Origin: an uncultured Bacilli bacterium
GTDB lineage: Bacteria; Bacillota_I; Bacilli_A; RF39; UBA660
Length of the DNA stretch: 64,000 nt
Direction: 5' to 3'
NCBI GenBank assembly: GCA_934176955.1
Contig: CAKPOS010000007.1
Location: 15,328 to 79,327 of the forward strand
Below are positions 9,615 through 17,695 of the stretch, piece by piece. The notes below the pieces were generated by a model, which saw nothing but the letters and a program-made list of their open reading frames with translations, made no database searches and was not told where the DNA came from. Both the position numbers and the translations under genes were made by a program. Numbering within the stretch: the first letter of the stretch is position 1; each line of letters begins with the position of its first letter.

Positions 9615-9734
9615 ATGTCTTCTAATTGTAATTCATCTTGTAACAATAATTGTTCAGGTGTAGGAAATGGTTTCTTAATTATAATTGTGTTATATATTTT
9701 ACTTGCAATTATATTGGGATCTTGTTTCTTTTAA
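9615..9734 (+). CDS. YjcZ-like small Cys/Asn-rich hydrophobic peptide (39 aa), not in the ORF track
   Basis: ATG at 9615 is preceded by GGGGAGGTG. Translation MSSNCNSSCNNNCSGVGNGFLIIIVLYILLAIILGSCFF ends at TAA 9732-9734. It is a tandem partner of the upstream micro-ORF. Confidence 0.55.
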   Translation: MSSNCNSSCNNNCSGVGNGFLIIIVLYILLAIILGSCFF

Positions 9735-9783
9735 TTAATAGTTAAAGTCTAGATTAGTATTTTATTTTTTTGAATTTTATTTT

Positions 9784-9818
9784 GAGATTAAAAGGTTATC
9801 TTTTGGTCTCTTTTTTTT
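9784..9818 (+). terminator. Rho-independent terminator after the micro-ORF pair
   Basis: GAGATTAAAAG / CTTTTGGTCTC stem (11 bp including two G-U pairs), 5-nt loop, then T8. Confidence 0.6.
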
Positions 9819-9840
9819 CGAAAAAAGTTAATGAAAAGTA

Positions 9841-9869
9841 TTGCAAAAAAATATAAAGCATGGCATAAT
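9841..9869 (+). promoter_or_regulatory. Sigma-A-type promoter for the XRE regulator gene
   Basis: TTGCAA (9841-9846), 17-bp spacer, TGg-CATAAT extended -10 (9861-9869). Confidence 0.5.
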
Positions 9870-9934
9870 ATTACTTGTTAGTTTAATTTGATATGTAAAA
9901 GCTTTAAAATTAAATTAAATATTTTATTAACAAT

Positions 9935-9950
9935 TGGTAATTTGTTACCA
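9935..9950. promoter_or_regulatory. Palindromic operator candidate TGGTAA-N4-TTACCA
   Basis: Perfect 6-bp inverted repeat between the predicted promoter and the XRE start codon at 9971. Confidence 0.4.
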
Positions 9951-9970
9951 GAAGTAAGCGAGGGATAAAT

Positions 9971-10324
9971 ATGTTAATTGGTAAAAGAATAAAAGATATG
10001 AGATTAGAAAAGGGTATGAGTCAACAAGAGCTAGGTGATATGATTGGAGTAACAAAGGTATCTATTTGTGGGTATGAAAATGGTACTAGAACTCCTAGTT
10101 TGGAGACTTTTTGTATATTAGCTGATATTTTTGAAACAACTACTGATTATTTACTTGGAAGAGAAGTTCCTATCGTGACAGAAGATGGTAGTGAGTATAT
10201 TGGTGCTATTTCAAGAGATGATATTGATATTATTAATGAAATTCGCCATTATCCTAATTTGTATACAAAATTGATTAAAGATGTTAAAAGATATGTTAGT
10301 TTAATTGTAAAGAAGATGAGATAA
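9971..10324 (+). CDS. XRE-family helix-turn-helix transcriptional regulator
   Basis: Classical Cro/C1 HTH: IGKRIKDMRLEKGMSQQELGDMIGVTKVSICGYENGTRTPSLETFCILADIF. Confidence 0.85.
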   Translation: MLIGKRIKDMRLEKGMSQQELGDMIGVTKVSICGYENGTRTPSLETFCILADIFETTTDYLLGREVPIVTEDGSEYIGAISRDDIDIINEIRHYPNLYTKLIKDVKRYVSLIVKKMR

Positions 10325-10347
10325 TAAGTAATTACTTATTATTTTTT
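10321..10347 (+). terminator. Rho-independent terminator
   Basis: ATAATAAGT / ACTTATTAT stem overlapping the stop codon, followed by a T-run. Confidence 0.5.
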
Positions 10348-10384
10348 CTATTTTGGTGTATAATATTCATAAGGATGTGAAATA

Positions 10385-11737
10385 ATGGAAATAAAAGAGT
10401 TATATTTAAAAAATTATTTAGGACAAGATGTAAAAGTTAATGGGTGGATTCGTAGTCATCGTAAACAAGCTCATTTTGGATTTATTGATCTTTTTGATGG
10501 TACTTGTTTTAAATCTATTCAAATTGTTTATGATGAAGCTTTGCGTAATTTTGAAGAAGTTTCTAAGTTACTAGTTGGTTCTAGTATTTGTGTTTCTGGT
10601 TTAGTGGTAGAAAGTGCTGGAAAGCAAGAGTTTGAGATTAAGGCAACTGAAATTGCTATTCTTGGTTATTGTGAAGAGACTTATCCTATTCAGCCGAAAA
10701 GACATACAAGAGAGTTTCTTCGTGATGTTGCTTATTTGAGACCTAGGACGGCTTTATTTCAAGCTATTTTTCGAATAAGAAGTGTTGCTTCTATGGCAAT
10801 TCATACTTATTTTCAAGATAGAGGTTATGTTTATTTTCATGCTCCAATTATTACGGCTAGTGATTGTGAAGGAGCAGGGGAAATGTTTCGGGTAACGACA
10901 TTAGATTTAAAGAATAAAAATTTGAAGGATGAAGATGATTTTTTTGGTAAAGTTACTGGACTTACGGTTTCTGGGCAATTAGAGGCGGAGACTTTTGCTT
11001 CTGCTTTTTCTAAATGTTATACGTTTGGACCTACTTTTAGAGCAGAGAATTCTAATACGAAGATTCATGCTTCTGAGTTTTGGATGGTAGAGCCTGAGGT
11101 TGCTTTTTGTGATTTAGATGGAATTATGGATATTGAGGAAGAATTTTTGAAGTTTATTGTTTCATATGTTTTGGAGAGATGTCCTGATGAAATTGAATTT
11201 TTGGATAAATTTGTTGAAAAAGGACTTAAAAATAAATTAGAGAGTTTATTGAATAGTCATTTTGTTAGGATTACACATAAAGAGGTTATTGATATATTGA
11301 AGAATGCTGATGTTTCGTTTGAATTTGCTCCTGAATATGGAGAGGATATTGCTAAAGAACATGAGAAGTATATTACTGAATATTTTGGAACGCCTGTATT
11401 TATTAAAGATTGGCCTCGTGATATTAAGGCATTTTATATGAAACAAAATGAGGATGGTGAAACAGTTAGAGCGGTTGATTTGGAAGTTCCTGGTGTTGGA
11501 GAATTGATTGGTGGTTCGGAGAGAGAAGCTGACTATGAAAAATTAGTGACTAGAATGAAGGAACTTGGAATGAATATAGAAGAGCTTGATTGGTATGTGA
11601 ATTTGCGTAAATTTGGTACGGTTCCTCATTCTGGATTTGGTCTTGGGTTTGAGAGACTTCTTATTTATTTAACGGGTGTTGATAATATTCGTGATGTTAT
11701 TCCTTATCCTAGAACTCCTAAATCTTGTGATTTTTAG
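10385..11737 (+). CDS. asnS: Asparagine--tRNA ligase
   Basis: 450 aa class IIb synthetase: N-terminal OB fold (VKVNGWIRSHR), FRAENSNT...EFWMVEPE motif 2 region, and C-terminal GFGLGFERL. Length and the FRAENS motif favour AsnRS over AspRS. Confidence 0.85.
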   Translation: MEIKELYLKNYLGQDVKVNGWIRSHRKQAHFGFIDLFDGTCFKSIQIVYDEALRNFEEVSKLLVGSSICVSGLVVESAGKQEFEIKATEIAILGYCEETYPIQPKRHTREFLRDVAYLRPRTALFQAIFRIRSVASMAIHTYFQDRGYVYFHAPIITASDCEGAGEMFRVTTLDLKNKNLKDEDDFFGKVTGLTVSGQLEAETFASAFSKCYTFGPTFRAENSNTKIHASEFWMVEPEVAFCDLDGIMDIEEEFLKFIVSYVLERCPDEIEFLDKFVEKGLKNKLESLLNSHFVRITHKEVIDILKNADVSFEFAPEYGEDIAKEHEKYITEYFGTPVFIKDWPRDIKAFYMKQNEDGETVRAVDLEVPGVGELIGGSEREADYEKLVTRMKELGMNIEELDWYVNLRKFGTVPHSGFGLGFERLLIYLTGVDNIRDVIPYPRTPKSCDF

Positions 11738-11743
11738 GGGAAT

Positions 11744-11803
11744 AATACTTATTTTTAACTTTATCTTGGTAAGAGATTAGGGTTAAGAATAAGTATTTTT
11801 TTT
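11744..11803 (+). terminator. Probable terminator after asnS (long interrupted hairpin + T-run)
   Basis: AATACTTATT (11744-11753) pairs with AATAAGTATT (11788-11797). An inner TTAAC/GTTAA extension is present, followed by T7. Confidence 0.45.
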
Positions 11804-11867
11804 GGAAAAAATTGGTATGATGAAATAATTTGTTTTTGGTTATATTAATAGTGATAGGAGGGAAGAG

Positions 11868-12533
11868 ATGAGAAAATTATTTTTTGCTTTTTTGGCATTG
11901 TTGGTAATGTCTGGTTGTTCTACTGATATGTCTACTTTGTCTTGTAGTAATACGACGACTTCTAATGGGGTTACGACTAAGACGAAATATGATATTGATT
12001 ATCAAAAAGAAGATGTAAAGAAATTAGTCATTACTTATGATTATGTGCAAGATAATACTAATAATGCTACAGCTAATAATAATACAGATTCTACTACGAA
12101 TAGTGATGCTGCTACAAATAATAATGGTTCTAGGAATGCTACTAATAATACGGCTAGAGAAAAGCAAGATGGGGTAGGTGCAGATACAGATGGTAATTCT
12201 AAAGAAAAAGATAGTAATGGTAATTTGAAGTCTGATGATGTTGTAGATGGTGTTGTTGGAGATGCTATTGATAGTACTATTGATGGTGTTACTAATACTA
12301 TTTTAGATTTGGCAGGTATTCGGAGTACTTATGAAAATCAGATGAATACTTATGGGAATATTGAAGGATTTTCTTATAAGGTAGATAAGGATCTTGATAA
12401 TGAGTATAAGGTTATTTATACGATTGATATGGATAAGATTAGTGATAAAGATTTGTCTACTTTTAATATTCCTTCGAAAAAATTTTCTGATTTGAAGAAG
12501 AATTATATGGATTTAGGTTATACTTGTAAATAA
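11868..12533 (+). CDS. Lipoprotein, Asn/Thr/Asp-rich
   Basis: Lipobox LLVMSGC at the end of the signal peptide; low-complexity N/T-rich middle; no enzymatic motif recognised. Confidence 0.6.
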   Translation: MRKLFFAFLALLVMSGCSTDMSTLSCSNTTTSNGVTTKTKYDIDYQKEDVKKLVITYDYVQDNTNNATANNNTDSTTNSDAATNNNGSRNATNNTAREKQDGVGADTDGNSKEKDSNGNLKSDDVVDGVVGDAIDSTIDGVTNTILDLAGIRSTYENQMNTYGNIEGFSYKVDKDLDNEYKVIYTIDMDKISDKDLSTFNIPSKKFSDLKKNYMDLGYTCK

Positions 12534-12564
12534 AAAAATGGCAAATATGAATGCCATTTTTTTG
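12534..12564. terminator. Bidirectional terminator between convergent genes
   Basis: A-run, AATGGCA / TGCCATT stem, T-run (AAAAAAATGGCAAATATGAATGCCATTTTTTT). Confidence 0.7.
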
Positions 12565-12571
12565 GTTTAAT

Positions 12572-15355
12572 TTATTCAATTGTAACGGTTCTTGTTGCTG
12601 ATTTGGTAATGGTTTCTCCATCGGTTGTAGTGTAAGAAATATGATAAGTTACTTTTAAGGTAGTTGTTTCTGTTATGGAGTTGATTGCTGTTTCTAGTGC
12701 TGATGTAGAGTTGTAAGTACTTCCGTTTACAGAATAAGTGATATTTGGTTTTATTTCTTTTCCTTTATAAGTTACTTTAATGCCATCTTCGGTGTAGTTG
12801 CCTGCGGTCATGGTTTTGTTTCCTCCGTTTAAGCTAACTTTTAAGTCGCTTGATGTGGTATCGGTATCAGTGTTATTTCCTTTAATGGATACGTTGGTAC
12901 TTACACCATTTGAGGCATTATTTTTAAAGTTTCGATATTCTACTTTGACGACAAGTGAGGAAACTGAACTGTTATTTCCATGATAGGTATAAGATTTGTC
13001 TGTTGTGAAGGCTACAAAGTTTAATCCATTTGATGTTTTTGCATATATTCCGTAGCCAATTCCACCTAGGATATTGTTGTTATAAGATAATCTTTCTTGT
13101 ACGAATTGACTGGTACTATTTCCAAATGCCGATTGACTGAAATATTTGTTTAAGTATTCTTGACTTACTACATCTGGAGTTTTATGATCCCATGTTAATT
13201 TGATGGTATTTCCTATACTGGTTGCTTTTAAGTTGGTAACATCATCTAATTTTGCAAATCTTTTTGATTCTTCAGTTGGTTCTGTTCCTGAGATAAAGTA
13301 TTCTGTTTTGATTAAGGCTTCAGGAGTGTATTGACTTGGTTTTGCTGCTGGCCATGATTCATTTTCGACTTGTGCCTGAACGACACTGGATGGTTGGTTG
13401 AATTTTTCTGTGGTAACAGGGATGTTTTTCATGATAGCAGACATTAGATTATCTTTAGGAGTACCTGCTGAATTATAATATTGTCTAGAGATGTCTTTGA
13501 ATTCATATCCGTACCATAAAGCAATGGAGTATTGTGGTGTATAGGCTACTGTCCATAGGTCGTTTACTGCACTGCCTGGTAATTTTTTTGCTTTCATGGT
13601 TGCTTCATCAAAGTTAGATGTACCAGTTTTTGCTGCTACTGTGCCTCGGTAGCTTCCAGTACCTCCACTAAATCCATAGTGAGCAGCGTATTCTAAGACG
13701 TTAGTAATTAGATACGCAGTTGAATCTTTCATGGCTTGTGTTTTTTTGTTTTCAAATTCTGTTGTTTTTCCATTACTTCTATAGGTAATAGATTTTACGG
13801 TATAAGGTTCTGTGTAATATCCTCCGTTTGCAAATGCTGCGTATGCACCAGCCATTTGTGTTGTAGTTACTCCTGGATCTAGGCCACCAATAGCATATGA
13901 TTCGTATGCTGCATTGTCTTTTAATGAAATTCCTAAACCATTAACAAAATTTACAATTTTTTTGTTTCCAACATCTTTTTGAACAGTTTGGAAAGCTTTT
14001 ACAGCGGGAACATTTCTAGAAATACTTAGTGCATCTCTTAAGGTCATTAATCCTTTATATCCAGAGTCCCAGTTATTGAATGGTGTTCCATCGGTATATT
14101 GCCATGCTTCATCAGTGAATAGTTGATAAGTAGAGAAGTTGTCGTATTCAAATCCTGGAGCGTAAGCAAAGATTGGTTTTGCTGTTGATCCTGGTTGTCT
14201 TTTTTCTTGGGTTGCAAAGTTCCATTGTCTTTCTCCTGTACGATTTCTTCCTGCTCCGATTGCTGATATTGCTCCTGTTTTAACATCGACGATAGTAATT
14301 CCTGCTTGAACTTTATCATCTTTCCATTTGTAACTTTCTCCAGCTAGAATTTTGTTAATTCCATTTTGAATGCTAGCATCCATTGTTGTATGAATTTCCA
14401 TAGATACTAAAGCTGGATCTTGGTTTGTTTTTTTCTTTACTTCTGAAACGACAGTATCAATAAATCCTTGATAGTTGTTAGCTTCACTTGTTCCAACTAA
14501 TAGGGAAGGGATATCAATTTTTGCCGCAATATCTGCTTCTTTTTGTGTAATATATCCATGTCTTACCATTAGTTTTAGAACGGTATTCATTCTTTTTTTG
14601 GTTCTTTCTGGGTTTTTATATGGGTTATCACCATTTGGAGATTGGAATAGTCCTGCGATGATGGCAGCTTCTGGTAAACTTAATTGGGAAACGGATTTTC
14701 CAAAGTAGTATTTACTGGCTTCTTCAACGCCGTAAACATTTCCTCCAAGTAAGCTATCATTAACGTAAAATTCCATGATTTCTTCTTTAGTGTATTTCTT
14801 TTCCATGAAAAATACTGATATATAAACATCTTTGAATTTACGAATGATTCCTTCAATTCCGTTTCTTTCTGTTGAGGTTAAGTTATTTTTAACGACTTGC
14901 ATGGTTAAGGTTGATGCTCCACCTGCACTAGAGTTTCCTAGTACTTGCCCAACAGAGGCTTTTAGGAATCTTGCTCCATCTACTCCATTGTGTTGGAAAA
15001 ATCTTGAATCCTCGGTTGCTACAATAGCATCGATTAATACTTGCGGTAATTTATCGTAAGTTACTGATTCTCTTTTTTCCATTCCGAGTTTTCCAATGAC
15101 ATTATTATCTTTGTCATAGATGATTGTTTGATCTTGATTGGCTAGAGCATTTGGATCAAATTTACCACAACTTGCGACAATATAAATACAAAAAGCAAAT
15201 ACGGCAAAGATTCCTACACAACCGCAAACAATTAGAAAACTAACTATTTTTTTCCACCATTTCCTTCTTTCTTTATTTCCTTTTGATTTATTAGAATGAA
15301 GTGATGTGTTCTTTTTGATTATCTTTTTTTTCTTTTTTTTGTTTATTTTTTTCAT
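12572..15355 (-). CDS. ponA: Class A penicillin-binding protein 1A (glycosyltransferase GT51 + transpeptidase) with long C-terminal extension
   Basis: GT51 motifs ATEDSRFFQHNGVD and GGSTLTMQ. Transpeptidase motifs SxxK (STAK, in GSTAKP) and KTGTS. N-terminal TM. Overlaps recU as in the Bacillus recU-ponA operon. Confidence 0.9.
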   Translation of the reverse strand: MKKINKKKKKKIIKKNTSLHSNKSKGNKERRKWWKKIVSFLIVCGCVGIFAVFAFCIYIVASCGKFDPNALANQDQTIIYDKDNNVIGKLGMEKRESVTYDKLPQVLIDAIVATEDSRFFQHNGVDGARFLKASVGQVLGNSSAGGASTLTMQVVKNNLTSTERNGIEGIIRKFKDVYISVFFMEKKYTKEEIMEFYVNDSLLGGNVYGVEEASKYYFGKSVSQLSLPEAAIIAGLFQSPNGDNPYKNPERTKKRMNTVLKLMVRHGYITQKEADIAAKIDIPSLLVGTSEANNYQGFIDTVVSEVKKKTNQDPALVSMEIHTTMDASIQNGINKILAGESYKWKDDKVQAGITIVDVKTGAISAIGAGRNRTGERQWNFATQEKRQPGSTAKPIFAYAPGFEYDNFSTYQLFTDEAWQYTDGTPFNNWDSGYKGLMTLRDALSISRNVPAVKAFQTVQKDVGNKKIVNFVNGLGISLKDNAAYESYAIGGLDPGVTTTQMAGAYAAFANGGYYTEPYTVKSITYRSNGKTTEFENKKTQAMKDSTAYLITNVLEYAAHYGFSGGTGSYRGTVAAKTGTSNFDEATMKAKKLPGSAVNDLWTVAYTPQYSIALWYGYEFKDISRQYYNSAGTPKDNLMSAIMKNIPVTTEKFNQPSSVVQAQVENESWPAAKPSQYTPEALIKTEYFISGTEPTEESKRFAKLDDVTNLKATSIGNTIKLTWDHKTPDVVSQEYLNKYFSQSAFGNSTSQFVQERLSYNNNILGGIGYGIYAKTSNGLNFVAFTTDKSYTYHGNNSSVSSLVVKVEYRNFKNNASNGVSTNVSIKGNNTDTDTTSSDLKVSLNGGNKTMTAGNYTEDGIKVTYKGKEIKPNITYSVNGSTYNSTSALETAINSITETTTLKVTYHISYTTTDGETITKSATRTVTIE

Positions 15356-15906
15356 TTTTTCACTTCCTTAATTTCAATAATTTTATTGATTATTTTTATA
15401 TAATCTAATCTTGGTGTATATTTTATTTCGATTGGGTATCCTACTTTTTGAAAATAATCTAGTGGGATAGATTTTCTTGCGCTTGTTTCAATGAATTTGA
15501 TTAAGTCTTCTCCTAATAGAAGGAAAGTTTGGTTTAAATTGGTAAATCTTACGATAAGGTAAGATATTCCTCCATAGTAGATTACTTTTTTTAGATGTTC
15601 TAGTTGGTGATTATGAATATTCGCTATGGGAAAACTGGTTTTACTTTGCGTTTCTTTTGCGTCAAATTCTAAGTATTTTCCTTTGTAAATTCCAGTATAA
15701 TCTAGTGTTGATGGTTCATTGAAATAAGCTTCTCTAATCTTATTTTTGGGATATTCTACTTGTACTACTCGTATTGGTGTTGGTTTTTTATAGACTAATG
15801 CAATGTTATTATTTTTATAATATTCATTTGTTTGATTAATGTCATTTTCTAGTGTCATCCCACGATTAGCATAAATATTATTTTTAAAGTAACTTTGTAA
15901 TCTCAA
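15352..15906 (-). CDS. recU: Holliday junction resolvase RecU
   Basis: NRGMTLENDINQTNEYY, KKPTPI, DYTGIYKGKYLEFDAKET and HQLEHL match RecU signatures. TTG start. Upstream of and overlapping ponA. Confidence 0.9.
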   Translation of the reverse strand: MRLQSYFKNNIYANRGMTLENDINQTNEYYKNNNIALVYKKPTPIRVVQVEYPKNKIREAYFNEPSTLDYTGIYKGKYLEFDAKETQSKTSFPIANIHNHQLEHLKKVIYYGGISYLIVRFTNLNQTFLLLGEDLIKFIETSARKSIPLDYFQKVGYPIEIKYTPRLDYIKIINKIIEIKEVKK

Positions 15907-16042
15907 ACATTCACCACCTTTTTTTCATTATACTATAAACGGGCTTATTTTACTATATTTTATCTTTCTATATGATTAATTATGTCAATCTTGTGTAAAG
16001 TGATTTTCTTCTCTTTTTTCTTTGCTTTACATATAGTTTAGT

Positions 16043-16810
16043 ATGAATAAGTATTTTGTTTATCCAAAGAAAAAGAAGTCAAAAAAGCATTTGTTTTCTT
16101 TTCTTTTATATCTTTTTTTCGTTTGCTTTATTTTTGCTTTTTTCTTTATTTATTATTTTCATCGTACTTTAGGTCCAGGATTAATTCGGTGTGCGGAGGA
16201 TGAGGTAGAAAAGCTTAGTGTACTAACTTTAAACAATGGAGTTAGGAAATACATGGCTAATCATGATATGGGGGATATTCTTCAAATTGTGAGAAAAGAA
16301 AATGGAGATATTTCCTTAGTTCGCTATGATACTAAAAAATTAAATCAGTTTACGATTGAACTTACGTCTTTATTGACTAAGGATTTGGATTTGCTGGTTA
16401 AGGGAAATTTTGAAGATCTTGATTTAGATATTGGGAGGATATCTAGTAATTCTTATTTGAAAGTTGATGAGGGTATTTTATTTATGATTTCTTTGGGAAG
16501 TGCTACTGGGAATAGTTTACTTGCGAATATTGGACCAAAGATTCCTCTTAATCTTAGTGTAATTGGTAATGTTCAAACTGATGTTCATAGTAAGGTTACA
16601 AATTATGGTCTTAATAATGCAATGATAGAGATTTTTGTAGATGTTCAAATGCAGATGGTTATTCAAATGCCGTTTTTGTCTAAGAAGGTTAAGATTAAAA
16701 AGTCTATTCCTCTTACGATGGAGATGGTTCAGGGAGAGATTCCTAATTATTATTTAGATAGTGAAAGTAAGGATAATTCCTCTATTAAAAATAGTGTTGG
16801 TAATCATTAA
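16043..16810 (+). CDS. yunB: Sporulation protein YunB
   Basis: N-terminal TM. The C-terminal block GNSLLANIGPKIPLNLSVIGNVQTDVHSKVTNYGLNNAMIEIFVDV...MVQGEIPNYY closely follows the YunB pattern as remembered from Bacillus. Confidence 0.7.
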   Translation: MNKYFVYPKKKKSKKHLFSFLLYLFFVCFIFAFFFIYYFHRTLGPGLIRCAEDEVEKLSVLTLNNGVRKYMANHDMGDILQIVRKENGDISLVRYDTKKLNQFTIELTSLLTKDLDLLVKGNFEDLDLDIGRISSNSYLKVDEGILFMISLGSATGNSLLANIGPKIPLNLSVIGNVQTDVHSKVTNYGLNNAMIEIFVDVQMQMVIQMPFLSKKVKIKKSIPLTMEMVQGEIPNYYLDSESKDNSSIKNSVGNH

Positions 16811-16996
16811 GATACTGATGTTGGTAAAATACTGATAGAGAATGTTGATGAGGGAATAAGCTTTAGAATAAAGAATAAGATAAAAAGTTTTATTTTTTTG
16901 AAGTAAATTGTTTAAATTTTAAAAAAAAAATGTTATGATGTTATTAGGATATGGAGGGGTAGATTAGTTGAGAAGGATATGGAGGATTTAGAATAG

Positions 16997-17695
16997 ATGA
17001 GAAGGTTTTATAAAGTTTGGCAATACCTTGGTTTATTTTTCTTTTTTCTTTTTCCTATTATTGTAAAAGCTGATATGTGTAAGGAAGAAGATGTTGCTAA
17101 TTTAAAGGTGCTTGCAGATAATATTTCTGTTCATTATGAATATTTAGATGCTGATAATGAGTCTTTAGATTGGGGAAATACCATTCCTTATGGTTATAAT
17201 TATGCAATTACAGTATCAGGACTTAGTGATGGTATGTATTTTACTAGTATTGGAGATGTTAGTCATGAATTTCATTATTCTAATACAAGTAATGGGAGTG
17301 TTACTTATTATGTTCAAGATGAAGGGACAGGATTAGATATAAGATTTTATCCTGATAATTGTTACAGTAGTTATACTATTAAGAATGTTAAAATTGATTT
17401 ACCTATTTTTAATGAGTATTATTATACAGCTGAATGTGATGAGATAAGAGATAAAAAGATAAATTTAGATGTATGTCAAAAAACAATTCCTAAAGATTTA
17501 ATTAAAGATAGTGATGATTTTTATAATTCGGTTAATAAATATTTGAAAGTTGATATTGGTGATGATGGTTCTATTTTTTATAGGATTCAATATTGGCTTT
17601 CTAGTCCTTTGATTATTATTGGTGGAATTGCGGTTATTGTTGCTATTGTTATTATTATTGTTGTGAGATATATAAAAAGGAGTCGATTAGATTGA
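16997..17695 (+). CDS. Secreted, C-terminally membrane-anchored protein (first gene of Tad-like cluster)
   Basis: Signal peptide (LGLFFFFLFPIIVKA/DM). Cys-containing ectodomain. C-terminal TM IIIGGIAVIVAIVIIIVV followed by a basic tail. Stop overlaps the next gene's TTG start. Confidence 0.5.
   Translation: MRRFYKVWQYLGLFFFFLFPIIVKADMCKEEDVANLKVLADNISVHYEYLDADNESLDWGNTIPYGYNYAITVSGLSDGMYFTSIGDVSHEFHYSNTSNGSVTYYVQDEGTGLDIRFYPDNCYSSYTIKNVKIDLPIFNEYYYTAECDEIRDKKINLDVCQKTIPKDLIKDSDDFYNSVNKYLKVDIGDDGSIFYRIQYWLSSPLIIIGGIAVIVAIVIIIVVRYIKRSRLD

Noticed and set aside
10325-10384. T-box leader upstream of asnS
   Set aside because: The intergenic space is only ~60 nt, most of it the upstream terminator. 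That is far too short for a T-box riboswitch.
12798-15059. Plus-strand and minus-strand short ORFs inside the PBP1A gene
   Set aside because: They are contained within a 927-aa ORF with complete GT51 and transpeptidase motifs. No independent signals.
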